A DNA stretch of 64,000 bases from NCBI GenBank assembly GCA_002633005.1, contig NMRA01000108.1:823855-887854 (forward strand), written 5' to 3'. The DNA comes from Phoronis australis (taxonomy: Eukaryota; Animalia; Phoronida). Shown piece by piece: positions 63,731 to 64,000 of the stretch. How positions within the stretch are numbered: the stretch's first letter is position 1; every line of letters starts with the position of its first letter. A program made the position numbers and the translations under genes. A model generated the notes under the pieces. It saw only the letters and a program-made list of their open reading frames with translations. It was not told where the DNA came from and made no database searches.

Positions 63731-64000
63731 CTATTGAACATGTCCCGTTCCAATCAACAAATCCTTATCTCCATGGCTTTGATTAAACAAATTTTCTTTG
63801 GACTAAGACAAACACTGGTGAATTTGTTTATTGCATGGAAAAAAATAAGTGCCCAGCTTACTCTGGGGTATAACTAGATTGTGATAAGCAATAAACAAAC
63901 AGCCAGGCCACATTGGGTTGGAATGTGGATTGATCCTGTCAACAGGTGGTCAGGTCCTGGTTATGGGTTCAGCTAACACCTCTGAAGGATACACCAAGGT

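Overview
Eukaryotic, intron-rich animal DNA, probably a lophotrochozoan-type invertebrate (inference). It holds two convergent genes. (1) On the + strand are the last three coding exons (456-594, 3715-3877, 4568-4781) of an alpha2-delta/Cache-family, probably GPI-anchored protein, with a roughly 3.3 kb 3' UTR. (2) On the - strand is a DLC/STARD13/crossveinless-c SAM-RhoGAP-START gene. Its 14 shared exons (31553 down to 10501; about 1076 codons) join in frame through canonical GT-AG sites and end in ...GPETKI*. The roughly 32 kb upstream of its SAM exon contains several short ATG-started, phase-1 mini-exons. Each could splice onto the SAM exon and supply a different N-terminus, one being a myristoylation/palmitoylation-type MGCSMS. 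Two further internal start exons would give SAM-less or GAP-START-only isoforms. Mobile DNA includes an intact Helentron-type non-autonomous element (1333-3308) carrying a higher-order tandem array with a CTCF-like motif in every monomer, several MITEs and a Penelope GIY-YIG remnant. All gene models were read by eye, with no expression data.
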